DNA of 32,000 nt from Halogeometricum borinquense DSM 11551. Its GTDB lineage: Archaea; Halobacteriota; Halobacteria; Halobacteriales; Haloferacaceae. The translations under genes were made by a program, and so were the position numbers. The notes beneath the pieces are model-generated. The model searched no databases, had not been told where the DNA came from, and worked only from the letters and a program-made list of their open reading frames with translations. Where the stretch lies: the NCBI RefSeq assembly GCF_000172995.2, contig NC_014735.1, positions 300,001 through 332,000 on the forward strand, written 5' to 3'. Below, piece after piece: positions 1 through 8,674 of the stretch (positions within the stretch are counted from its first letter, which is position 1; each line of letters starts with the position of its first letter).

Positions 1-141
1 CGAACGTGCTCATTGTGGTGCTTTCCGGTGTCTACTTCCTGCGTGGGACGTGGACAGAGGGCGTCGTTGACCGCGAGCGCGGGGCACAAGAGGTGACACA
101 CGGTGGTGACTGAGCGAGCGAAATCGTCCGAGGGATCTGAG

Positions 142-993
142 ATGCGAATCCTCGTCACTGGTGCGACGGGGACGGTCGGCAAGCCGTTGGTTACCCGCCT
201 CCTCGACACTCTAGCACAGGTCCGTGTCGCCACCACATCGCCGCAGACTGCCCGTGAGCGGTTCGGTAACGCTCCCGAGTATGTCGAGTTCGATTTCGAA
301 CGCCCAGAGACGTGGGGTTCCGCGCTCGAACAGATCAACCGGATGTTCCTTCTTTTCCCACCCGCTGTGGGCGTGACTCCGGTTCGTGAGTTTATCGATG
401 CCGCCGACCGCGTTGGCGTCGGTCACGTCGCGTACCTTTCCATTCTCGGCGCGGAGAAACTTCCAGTGCTTCCACATCGCCGACTCGAAAAACATCTCGT
501 GAGGGCCGATCTGGCGTACACGTTCCTCCGTGCTTCGTGGTTCATGCAGAACCTGAGCGGGATTCACCGCCCGGAAATCACAGCAGATGATGAGATATAC
601 ATCCCTGCTGGTGATGGGAGACTGGGATTCGTCGATACCAGCGATGTCGCCGCGGTGGCTGCGACGGTTCTCACAGAAGCCGGCTACGAGAACCGGACGC
701 TGGACCTCACGGGGCCGGAGTCGATGGACTTCGACGCTGTGGCCGCTGTGTTCTCGGACGTGCTGGACCGGCGAATCACCTATGCTGACCCCTCACGATT
801 CGCGTTTGCTCGCCACATGTATCGACGCGGCGTACCCACCTCGATAATCGTGTTTATGGGTATCGAGTACTCCATCGTCCGCCTCGGAGTTTCCGGGCGG
901 ACGACCGATGATGTGGCGACTGTTCTCGATCGGTCTCCTCGTACAGTCCGCCAGTTTGTCACAGACCACGCGGAACTGTTTTCGGAAAACTAG
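142..993 (+). CDS. NmrA-like / atypical SDR NAD(P)H-binding protein
   Basis: ORF 103..993. The Rossmann glycine motif ILVTGATGTVGKPLV follows directly after the ATG at 142 (position 103 is a GTG). Length of about 285 aa is typical of the NmrA/SDR-a family. Confidence 0.75.
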   Translation: MRILVTGATGTVGKPLVTRLLDTLAQVRVATTSPQTARERFGNAPEYVEFDFERPETWGSALEQINRMFLLFPPAVGVTPVREFIDAADRVGVGHVAYLSILGAEKLPVLPHRRLEKHLVRADLAYTFLRASWFMQNLSGIHRPEITADDEIYIPAGDGRLGFVDTSDVAAVAATVLTEAGYENRTLDLTGPESMDFDAVAAVFSDVLDRRITYADPSRFAFARHMYRRGVPTSIIVFMGIEYSIVRLGVSGRTTDDVATVLDRSPRTVRQFVTDHAELFSEN

Positions 994-1072
994 CAGACCC
1001 TCGGAGTTTGGACTACCGTGGATAGCGAGACGGTTGCTCTCAGAAGCGCCTGTGGAAAATCCGACGTCGATT

Positions 1073-1510
1073 TTACTCGTCGGATCCGTTGACGTTCACC
1101 GTCAGGACGGGCACAGGTGCGTCGGCGACGACGCGGGCCGAGACGCTTCCGACCATGTTCTCTTGATAGTTCGAACCGTGCGTTCCCATCGTCACGATGT
1201 CGATGTCCTCTCTTTCGATGTAATCGATAATCTCCTCGGCGGGATTTCCGCGTCGGATGGCCGCCGTCGCTTCGACGTCGCCCGATTCGATTCGGTCGAG
1301 TGCGATGGTGGTGGCTTCTTCACCGGTCGCTTCGAGTTCGCTAACTACGTTGTCAACTACATCAGACGCGAGTGTGAGGAACGCGCGGTCGTCGATGACG
1401 TAGAGTATGTGGACGGTTGCGTCGTGACGCTGTGCGAGATCGAGGGTGTGAGCGTACACGTTGTCCATCGACTCGTCCCCGTCCGTGGGAAGCAGGATAT
1501 CGTCGTACAT
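1073..1510 (-). CDS. Universal stress protein (UspA family)
   Basis: ORF 1073..1579. Start taken at the ATG at 1510, giving MYDDILLPTDGDE. The C-terminal ATP-binding motif is present (IVTMGTHGSNYQENMVGSVSARVVADAPVPVLTV), and the size of about 145 aa fits. Confidence 0.85.
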   Translation of the reverse strand: MYDDILLPTDGDESMDNVYAHTLDLAQRHDATVHILYVIDDRAFLTLASDVVDNVVSELEATGEEATTIALDRIESGDVEATAAIRRGNPAEEIIDYIEREDIDIVTMGTHGSNYQENMVGSVSARVVADAPVPVLTVNVNGSDE

Positions 1511-1903
1511 CAGTTCGTCTGAACCTCGATTGTCCGGGGATAAGAAAACTGTCGTATGGTCTCGTCGGATGAGAACCATGACGTTTCATCACGTCAGCAT
1601 ATCGAATCTGGAAATAGGTTCGAGATCAAGCGATACACACGGCCCTCAATTCGATGCTCGCATTTGACGCGCTTTGTGTCGTTTTCGCCGTTGAAATTCT
1701 CAGATAGATCTGAGAAATCGAACTATCCCACGACAGTTATATTTATTGATATTTAAACTGCGCCGTAATTTATCTTTGAGTGATTCTATGCCACTGTACT
1801 GAGACAGTCGGGTCAGTCGCCTGCAGTAGCGCATGTCGCGGCAAGCGATGTCGCTCTCACTGCTGTGGATGGATTTTTGCTTCGGGCGGGCAAACGTGAC
1901 GGT

Positions 1904-2227
1904 ATGTCGAACATAGATGCGGACGACTTGCTCCCCAACGAACGCGTACAGCAGGCAGTCGTGAACGGCGACATCACCCAACTCACTCGTGGGGCGAGCA
2001 ACCGCTACGCCGAAGAAGGCGACGCCTTCGATATCGACGGTGAGACGTTTACGATCACCAGCGTCGAGCATCGAACGCTCGGTGACTTCACCGACGAAGA
2101 CGCAAAGCGCGAGGGATCTGAGTCGTTAGACGCGTACAAACAACGGATGAAACGCGTCCACCCCGGCGACTTCGAATGGGACGAAAGCAGCGAAGTGCTG
2201 ACATACCGATTCGAGCGACAGCACTGA
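1904..2227 (+). CDS. ASCH-domain protein
   Basis: ORF 1865..2227 with start taken at the ATG at 1904 (MSNIDADDLL). About 107 aa, with the pattern FTITSVEHRTLGDFTDEDAKREGSESLDAYK that resembles the ASCH (ASC-1 homology) fold consensus. Confidence 0.55.
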   Translation: MSNIDADDLLPNERVQQAVVNGDITQLTRGASNRYAEEGDAFDIDGETFTITSVEHRTLGDFTDEDAKREGSESLDAYKQRMKRVHPGDFEWDESSEVLTYRFERQH

Positions 2228-2292
2228 TCGGACTGTATCTTGGGCAGAAGTAACCGATTTTGATCGAGAGCGGATTACAGGCGCGTTCGCTC

Positions 2293-4077
2293 TCACTCAG
2301 CAGTCACGAACGTGATGCGGTTGCCTTCGATCCGGTGGCCGTCGGGTGTTGTCACTGTCGCCACGGCGACGTACGTCTCGCCGTCATCGAGATCTTCGAT
2401 GTCTTCATCGAATTCCTCGGGTTCGTCGGTGTCGAAGTCCTCGATATATTCCGCGTCGTCCCGGTCGCCCTTCTCCCAGCAGATGAAGCCGGGCGTCACC
2501 TCGTCGGCGTCGCCGAGCGAGACGACTTCACCGCGGAGTTCCGCCTCCTCGTGTTCAATGTCTGTGGGCGAGAGCGTCTTGACGACGGGTGCTTCTGCTG
2601 GTTCACTCGTGGAGAAGGCCACAGCCGACCCGGTAACGGTATCGTCGTCAGCCGTCGCGTACGCGCGGAACTGGTAGTCGGTGTCCGCCTCCAGTTCTTC
2701 AACTGTCGTCGTAAATGTGCCGGCCGACGATTCGCTACCGACCTCGACAGTGGTTGCCGAGTCGTGTTCCGCTCCATCGACCCAGTATTCGACGCCGACA
2801 GTCGCCGACGAGTAATCGCCAAGTCCGGTGAGGTCGCCGCCGAGCGTTGCACTGGTCTGGCTCACATCCGATGCGTTTGTCGTCACGACCTCGAACGCAT
2901 TGCTGCCACCATCGCCACCGTCGCTATCTCCGAGTATGGCGGCTTTGGCATCGAGACGGCCAGCGCCCATCTCGTTCTGGTCGAGACCGATGTCCTCGGC
3001 TGTTTCCGTGAGGCGCTTGCGCGCTTCCGTGTTCGAAGCCCCGTTAGCCATCAAAACAGCGCCGACGCCCGAGACGTGGGGTGTCGCCATCGACGTCCCG
3101 GAAAAGGCTCTGTAGCCGCCGCCGATCACCGTTGACGTGATGTCGGATCCCGGTGCGGCGATGTCTACCTCCGGGCCGGTTGAGGAGAACTCGGACAGTT
3201 CGTCATCGATAGTCGTCGAACTCACGGCTACTACGTCGTCGTAGGCCGCGGGGTAGTGGATGCAGTCATCGCACGGCCCCTCGTTACCAGCGGCCGCGAC
3301 GAGTAACACACCTTTGTCGTAAGCGTATTTGACCGCGTCCTCGATTACGGAGGAAGGGGATGTCGCCCCGATACTCATACTGAGGACGTCGTACCCTTGG
3401 TCGGCGGCCCACCGGATTCCCTCTGCGATGTCACCACCCGTTCCGCTGCCATCTCCGTTCAGTGCTTTGATTGCGTGGAGGGTGACACCCGGCGCAACGC
3501 CGACGACACCCTGTCCGTTGTTGACCGCGCCGATAGTCCCTGCACAGTGGGTTCCGTGGGTGTGATCGTCGTTCCACGGTTCCTCACCCCGGTCTGAGTC
3601 CACAACTGCGTATCCCTCACCGAGCGTCCGTGTGAGGTCGGGGTGAGTGCTTTCGATTCCAGTATCGAGAACCGCAACGTCCGCACCAGTGCCAGTTTCC
3701 CCGGCTCGAATGGTCGTGTCCGCCTCGACCTTCGTGCAACCCCATGGAAGCGACTGACCGAGCGTTTGGACCGTAACGTCCCGTTCAACGTAGCGAACGT
3801 CGTCTCGGCTTTCGAGTTCAGCCAGTGCCTCGTCACTGAAATCACCGACAACGGCCTTTCCGCGTTTGCCGAAGTCGATCTCTTTGTCCACGGCGTCGGC
3901 TCGCTGCCCCGCGACATCGACCCCGTACCGTGATTTCGTACCGACAACATGACGGGAGTTGTCCGATGTCTCTTGGGCTGATCCAGTACCAATGAATCCA
4001 GTGCTAGCGATGCCGATACCCACCGTCTTCAGCAGTGAGCGCCGCGAAAATTCAGTCGGGGTCTGTCCGGTTTTCAT
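2293..4077 (-). CDS. Secreted subtilisin-like serine protease (halolysin-type, peptidase S8) with Tat signal, I9-like propeptide and two C-terminal beta-sandwich repeats
   Basis: ORF 2293..4104 with start taken at the ATG at 4077 (MKTGQTPTEFSRRSLLKTVG, a twin-arginine signal). S8 triad motifs are present: VAVLDTGI (Asp), HGTHCAGTIGA (His), GTSMATPHVSG (Ser), and AAAGNEG (oxyanion Asn). Confidence 0.9.
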   Translation of the reverse strand: MKTGQTPTEFSRRSLLKTVGIGIASTGFIGTGSAQETSDNSRHVVGTKSRYGVDVAGQRADAVDKEIDFGKRGKAVVGDFSDEALAELESRDDVRYVERDVTVQTLGQSLPWGCTKVEADTTIRAGETGTGADVAVLDTGIESTHPDLTRTLGEGYAVVDSDRGEEPWNDDHTHGTHCAGTIGAVNNGQGVVGVAPGVTLHAIKALNGDGSGTGGDIAEGIRWAADQGYDVLSMSIGATSPSSVIEDAVKYAYDKGVLLVAAAGNEGPCDDCIHYPAAYDDVVAVSSTTIDDELSEFSSTGPEVDIAAPGSDITSTVIGGGYRAFSGTSMATPHVSGVGAVLMANGASNTEARKRLTETAEDIGLDQNEMGAGRLDAKAAILGDSDGGDGGSNAFEVVTTNASDVSQTSATLGGDLTGLGDYSSATVGVEYWVDGAEHDSATTVEVGSESSAGTFTTTVEELEADTDYQFRAYATADDDTVTGSAVAFSTSEPAEAPVVKTLSPTDIEHEEAELRGEVVSLGDADEVTPGFICWEKGDRDDAEYIEDFDTDEPEEFDEDIEDLDDGETYVAVATVTTPDGHRIEGNRITFVTAE

Positions 4078-4403
4078 ATCGCTATGCAGCACACAGAACC
4101 GCAAGGGCCTACTCTCGATATTGCCTTAGATGCGGTGCAGTTCGGGTTGGTACATATCGAGCGCTCGCTTCAACAGGTGGGCAAAATGAGGCCGCGGGGA
4201 TACGCAACCGCGCCGATAAATGATAGAGAATATCTCTCACGTATTGCGTGGGCTCATCCCACTAGTCGAAATATATCGAGGGTGGACAGACCCGGTGTCG
4301 ATACATATCGTCAGCAGCGGCATAGTCTAACGTCTCATGTATTCAGAGGGACGATGATGCACACCGGCTCAGTTGTGACTCACGGAAACGGGGATACAGC
4401 GTC

Positions 4404-4568
4404 ATGACCTTCTGTGCGAACTGTGGTGACGTGATCGACAGGAGTGAGTGGTACTCGTTTGCTGCCCGGCGCGATGAGGACGGAGTCCTCCAGACCTACG
4501 CGTTCTGTTCGGAGCACTGCCGATCCGAATTCCTTGATGAACCGATAGCGGATCCGATTGACAATTGA
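4404..4568 (+). CDS. Small (54 aa) Cys4 zinc-finger protein, TRASH-like
   Basis: Not in the ORF track because it is under 60 aa. My translation is MTFCANCGDVIDRSEWYSFAARRDEDGVLQTYAFCSEHCRSEFLDEPIADPIDN followed by a stop. It has CxxC ... CxxxC spacing, and FCSEHCRSEF resembles the TRASH/YHS metal-binding motif. Composition is acidic and haloarchaeal-like. Confidence 0.55.
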   Translation: MTFCANCGDVIDRSEWYSFAARRDEDGVLQTYAFCSEHCRSEFLDEPIADPIDN

Positions 4569-4584
4569 GCGTGCGCGTGCTGAC

Positions 4585-7251
4585 TTACCGGTCTCCAAAC
4601 AGCGACACGAATAGTTTGCGCTCGGCTCCTCTGAGGTGATGATTGAACGTCGATTGGGAGATGCCGATTAGATCTGCGACTTCCTGCCCAGTGATCTCCC
4701 GCGGCTCTTCGAAAAATCCGCTCTCGTACGCTGTTCGAAGCACTTCGTACTGGCGTTCGGTCAGTTGCTCTTCGAAGGTCGTGATGAATTCTCGGTTCGT
4801 TTTCCGCGACCGTTCACGGTCTCGTCGGCTAATCAACTCCGTCTTGCCGTAGTTGTTCTCCAGCAGTTCGACAACCTCACGAACATCTGCAAACTGCGGA
4901 AGCTCAATTACCGCGTGTATCGTTGATTGGTCGGCCGTTATCTCCTGTGGGTACGTGCCGTAGTTGATAAGCGGTTGCGCAACGACGGACCCCGTGGTTG
5001 TTGCCTCGAATAACTGCTTTTCACCCGTTTGTCGGACGTGCGTGATCGACTCAATCGAGATGAACTCGTCTGCGACCGAGAGAATCTCCTCAATCGAGTC
5101 GGTTGCCACGCTGAACAGGACACGTGTTTTATTGCCGGGTTGTGGAATAACCGCCTCGAACTCGACGCTTGCGTTTGCCTTCCGGGCGATCCGATTCAAG
5201 ACGCTATCTGATTCGTGAATCTTCAGTTTGATCTCAGTCACCTCGTCCGACATCGTCCCTCGTCGCCGCTGAATCCCGTTGATCGCGTAGGCGACGGTGC
5301 ATCCTAACTCTTCGAGAACCTCCCTGACCAGTTCGTCGAACGCTGACTGCTGATTTGCGTACACCGTCAGTATCCCGTATCGGACGTCTTCGTACACGAG
5401 CGGGATGCTGATGACGGACTGGTACCCGTTAGTGAGGGCTTTCTGTCGCCAAGGTTCTTCCCGGAGATTGTCAGCCACGTTCGGGATCACCGTCATCGTC
5501 CCTGACGTCAGCGTTTGGACTGCTGGCTCGCTAGAGTCGTCGATGTCGAACGAGACCTGATCGAGATAGTCGCTTCCGTTGTTGACCCACGCTCGTGGGC
5601 TGATCGATCCAGAGATCGAATCTCGTTCGCCGATCCAGACGAACGGAAACCCCCCGCTTTCGTTCAGTTTCTCGCAGACGGCCTCTTCGATCTCCTCGCG
5701 TGACGCTGCTTGTATGAGCACCTGATCGATTTCTCGGATGATCTTATTGATCCAGTTGAGTCGTGTGAGCTTCCAGTTTCGATCTTTGAGCTTCTGATCT
5801 CGCTCACGAAGATCCATCTCGTGGTCTATCCGCTTGAGCGCGGCTTCAGTCGTTGCCGCTAGCATGCCGACGAGCTTGCGAGTATGCGTGTCGAACGATT
5901 CGACAGAACCGCAGAGCGTAACGAGGACGCCCCGGTCACCGATTGGGACAAAGAGACCGCTTTCTGCGTCTGTCCGCTGTGCCATCTCGAACGTTGCGTC
6001 GGTGGTTTGCAGATCTTCTACGAGTGCTGTGTCGCCACTCACGAAGACATCCCAGACGACCGAATCGGTGGTGTCGGGTCCGACAGATGGGTTCTCAGCG
6101 GCGCATTCAGCCAACTCCGGCGTCGCTGCGACCGGCTCTAAGACGTTCTGTGTCTCGTCTATACAGAAGATAGCGACGTGAGAGAGATCGAGGATCACTC
6201 TTCCGGTGTTGACGACGAGTTCGGCGACATCGGATTTGGTTTCGGTGTGGAGTAGTTGTCTGGTGGCGTGATGGAGCGTCGTGAGTATCTGTTCACGCTC
6301 TTTCCGATCAGCCGCGGTAATCCAGAGACCGATGATCGAACCGAGTTCGCCGAATGCGTCCCGTTCTCGCTCGCTGAGGCTGTGTGATTGACCGCGAAAA
6401 AGCGTCAATATCCCGTGGACGGTCGAACCGAAGATCAGCGGAACTGTAATGACGCTCTTGCGTTGGTCGTCGGACGTTTTGGTTTCTCCCGATACAGCGG
6501 CTAACTCTCCCGGGATATTCTGAAACTGCACCTCTTGGGTTCGGTTCGCCATCGCCAGCGGATCCTGCTCGCACAGTTTCTCGGTGGCTTCTATCGCGTC
6601 ATCGAGTTCGTCTCTCTCACATCCCGCCCATGTGACTGGTGTGAACGTCCCGGCTTCTGAGCTGAAACTGCAAATCGCGGCAAATTCGTACGGCGACTCA
6701 GCGGTAAGACAGTCACAGATCGCTTGTTCGACTTCTTTATGGGTCGATGCATCGGTGAGCGGCGTGTTGATCTCTCGGATGAGTGTTTCAACTGGGTTCA
6801 GCGCCGCCGATTCGTTTCGTCGCTGAGCGAATTCCGTCTCGTGGTTTTTCTGCGTTACCGCGTATCGAATCGACCGCAGGAGTTGGTCAATGTCGATACG
6901 ATCCTTGATTAAATAATCCTGTGCGCCGTTTTGGAGCGCCTGAATCGCCGTATCGCGCTCGCTCCGCTCCGCTAACACGATTATCGGCACCGCTGGTGCT
7001 TGAGATGCGATTCGGCGTGTCGTCTCTAAATCCTCATACTCTGGTAGACCGAGGGCAACCATCACGAGGTCGTACTCCGTCCCGGATAGCCGCGCCTCCC
7101 CCTCAGAAAGCGTCTCAGTATGTGTTACGTCGATAGATTCTGCTACACCCTGCAACTGAGATTTTCTGAGATAGTGCGTGATAAAGTGGGCGTCGTCCGG
7201 GTCTTGATCGATCAGGAGTACCCGAAACGTGTTTTCGTGTTCCATGCTCAT
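4585..7251 (-). CDS. Bat-like transcriptional regulator: receiver-like domain + multiple GAF/PAS-type sensor modules + BAT + C-terminal HTH_10
   Basis: ORF 4585..7299, which begins with a GTG. The first ATGs are at 7251 and 7245 (MSMEHENTFRVLLIDQD), so the start is uncertain. The C-terminus LTERQYEVLRTAYESGFFEEPREITGQEVADLIGISQSTFNHHLRGAERKL is the bacterio-opsin-activator type HTH_10. The N-terminus has a CheY-like layout. Confidence 0.85.
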   Translation of the reverse strand: MSMEHENTFRVLLIDQDPDDAHFITHYLRKSQLQGVAESIDVTHTETLSEGEARLSGTEYDLVMVALGLPEYEDLETTRRIASQAPAVPIIVLAERSERDTAIQALQNGAQDYLIKDRIDIDQLLRSIRYAVTQKNHETEFAQRRNESAALNPVETLIREINTPLTDASTHKEVEQAICDCLTAESPYEFAAICSFSSEAGTFTPVTWAGCERDELDDAIEATEKLCEQDPLAMANRTQEVQFQNIPGELAAVSGETKTSDDQRKSVITVPLIFGSTVHGILTLFRGQSHSLSERERDAFGELGSIIGLWITAADRKEREQILTTLHHATRQLLHTETKSDVAELVVNTGRVILDLSHVAIFCIDETQNVLEPVAATPELAECAAENPSVGPDTTDSVVWDVFVSGDTALVEDLQTTDATFEMAQRTDAESGLFVPIGDRGVLVTLCGSVESFDTHTRKLVGMLAATTEAALKRIDHEMDLRERDQKLKDRNWKLTRLNWINKIIREIDQVLIQAASREEIEEAVCEKLNESGGFPFVWIGERDSISGSISPRAWVNNGSDYLDQVSFDIDDSSEPAVQTLTSGTMTVIPNVADNLREEPWRQKALTNGYQSVISIPLVYEDVRYGILTVYANQQSAFDELVREVLEELGCTVAYAINGIQRRRGTMSDEVTEIKLKIHESDSVLNRIARKANASVEFEAVIPQPGNKTRVLFSVATDSIEEILSVADEFISIESITHVRQTGEKQLFEATTTGSVVAQPLINYGTYPQEITADQSTIHAVIELPQFADVREVVELLENNYGKTELISRRDRERSRKTNREFITTFEEQLTERQYEVLRTAYESGFFEEPREITGQEVADLIGISQSTFNHHLRGAERKLFVSLFGDR

Positions 7252-7439
7252 CTTGAGAGTGATATTCCGGGATCGCTGTTCAGCTAACTCAACCGGCACC
7301 GTCGTCGTCGTTTTCGGTCCTTGACCGTTCCATCATCACCTTCGTCACCCTCTCGACCCCACGATTGGTAGCTGCGGTGTGGGTAGCTTCGCTTATATGT
7401 ATATAAAGAGAGAATCTCTATCACGTTATGCACTCGCCG

Positions 7440-7479
7440 ATGGGTTATCTGCCGAACCATGTTTTGGGAGATAACCCAT
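7440..7479. repeat. Perfect 11-bp inverted repeat ATGGGTTATCT-N18-AGATAACCCAT
   Basis: Read directly from the sequence. Arms are at 7440-7450 and 7469-7479. It lies between the stop of the 7542..8162 gene and a TTTATATA octamer (minus strand, 7400-7407) upstream of the Bat-like gene. Confidence 0.8.
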
Positions 7480-7541
7480 TACTTGGCGAGTTCTGATTTC
7501 TAATCCTCTTCTCAATATTCTACCCGGCAGGTTCTCTCCAG

Positions 7542-8162
7542 TCAGTCTAACCGACTCAGATTGCCCCGACGTTCACGCTGCATGATGCCGCCAGCGAAGA
7601 ACCGGAGTTTCGAAACGAGTTCTTCCTCCGTCTCGTACGTTTCCACTCGTAAGTCCCACCGTACCCGTGCTGACCGAATCATCGCACTCGTAACGTCGTC
7701 CTCGTGGACGAAGATTAACCGGTCTCCGTGGGTTTCTGAAAGTGCTTCAAGAATACTCCCTGCCTCCTCTCCAACACCGAAGTTGTGTCCCAGAAACGGC
7801 AGCAAGAACGCAGTCGCGTTACTACATCTCGTGTATTCGATGCTCTGGGTTGCCGCGTCCACGTCGTCGGTATCTACATCTACGTCGAGTGCTAGAAATG
7901 CGTTTACCCCGGGATTCACGCGAAGTTCGCCCTGTATCCGTCGCAAGAGCGCCTGCGCCGCGTCGATGTCGTCTTTGCTCTGGAAGAGGCGGCGCAAGGG
8001 CCCTGGGAGATCTTCGATATCAATCTCACTGCGCTCCTCTTCGCTGAGTACGTAGTTGAGATTGAATGACTTGTACGGTCCCATCAGATAGAAGAGGAAC
8101 CGGTCGTACTTCACGCGGCCCAACCGTTCGGCGATTAGGTTGCGCGTGATCTCCACAGTCAT
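7542..8162 (-). CDS. Nucleoside 2-deoxyribosyltransferase-like / TIR-like (Rossmann-like) domain protein, function unknown
   Basis: 206-aa ORF. FLFYLMGPY forms the first strand (compare the YLAGP of NDT-fold proteins). AFLLPFLGHNFGVGEEAGSILEA aligns by eye to the DSGTxxExGyA catalytic-Glu loop of the NDT/TIR-like superfamily. This is a by-eye assignment only. Confidence 0.4.
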   Translation of the reverse strand: MTVEITRNLIAERLGRVKYDRFLFYLMGPYKSFNLNYVLSEEERSEIDIEDLPGPLRRLFQSKDDIDAAQALLRRIQGELRVNPGVNAFLALDVDVDTDDVDAATQSIEYTRCSNATAFLLPFLGHNFGVGEEAGSILEALSETHGDRLIFVHEDDVTSAMIRSARVRWDLRVETYETEEELVSKLRFFAGGIMQRERRGNLSRLD

Positions 8163-8184
8163 GAGCGATCTTTCCCACCGAGAG

Positions 8185-8192
8185 TATTTAAA
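8185..8192. promoter_or_regulatory. TATA-like element TATTTAAA in the divergent 98-bp spacer
   Basis: Lies about 25 nt upstream of the ATG at 8162 (minus-strand gene), which suggests a leaderless transcript. A further AT-rich box at 8206-8217 lies upstream of the plus-strand gene. Confidence 0.3.
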
Positions 8193-8260
8193 GATCGATG
8201 TTTTTGAAAATATTTGGCTTGAGAATACATAAGAGTCTCAGGTCCGTATCTCTGAGTAAG

Positions 8261-8674
8261 ATGGCGACGAATCACTCACACCCAGTCCGCGGCGGCGTCC
8301 CAGAGGACCCTGAAGATCTCTTGCCGGAGGATAGCGTCCTCAGCCTCGACGAGTATCTTGCGATGCACGCCGCCGTCGGACACAGGACCCGCTACGAAGT
8401 TCTTTACCGACTCGTCCACAGCGGTGACATGAGCCCCAAGGAACTGGAGGAAGCGATAGATATCGATGATAGCACCCTCCACTATCATCTCAACAAACTC
8501 GTTGATGTTGGCCTCGTTGAGAAACGTCAGCTAACCGAGCGGGGACAAGACGGTCTCTACACGTACTACCGAGCGACCGTATTCGGTGAAGTGACGCTCA
8601 CCGAGGGCGTCGATGAGTTGATCCGCGGGGAACAAGAATTTGAAGCAATGTACGACAGTTCGAATGAGAGCTAA
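8261..8674 (+). CDS. Winged helix-turn-helix transcriptional regulator (ArsR/HTH_20-like)
   Basis: ORF 8198..8674 with start taken at the ATG at 8261 (MATNHSHP). The core RTRYEVLYRLVHSGDMSPKELEEAIDIDDSTLHYHLNKLVDVGLVEKRQ is a typical wHTH recognition helix plus wing. Confidence 0.8.
   Translation: MATNHSHPVRGGVPEDPEDLLPEDSVLSLDEYLAMHAAVGHRTRYEVLYRLVHSGDMSPKELEEAIDIDDSTLHYHLNKLVDVGLVEKRQLTERGQDGLYTYYRATVFGEVTLTEGVDELIRGEQEFEAMYDSSNES

Noticed and set aside
3-113. Open frame running in from the left edge (NVLIVVLSGVYFLRGTWTEGVVDRERGAQEVTHGGD, then a stop), possibly the C-terminus of a membrane protein.
   Set aside because: Only 36 codons are visible and no recognisable motif is present. I cannot distinguish it from a chance open frame in GC-rich DNA.
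2260-3135. Long ORFs antisense to or overlapping real genes, for example 2260..3135(+), 3459..3992(-), 15471..16085(+), 16125..16946(+), 16883..17572(+), 18533..19489(+), 19587..20207(-), 25097..25507(+), 31130..31678(-).
   Set aside because: Their translations are Arg/Ser/Pro/Cys-rich and non-acidic. They lie opposite or out of frame to ORFs with clear family motifs. This is typical of spurious open frames in high-GC haloarchaeal DNA.
4380-4598. 72-aa minus-strand ORF overlapping the small zinc-finger ORF.
   Set aside because: It has no motifs and its 3' end overlaps the Bat-like gene stop. The plus-strand 54-aa Cys4 frame is more protein-like.
7291-7336. Possible 15-codon upstream ORF (MMERSRTENDDDGAG) overlapping the GTG start of the Bat-like ORF.
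   Set aside because: It is too short to support from sequence alone, and the true start of the regulator is itself uncertain.
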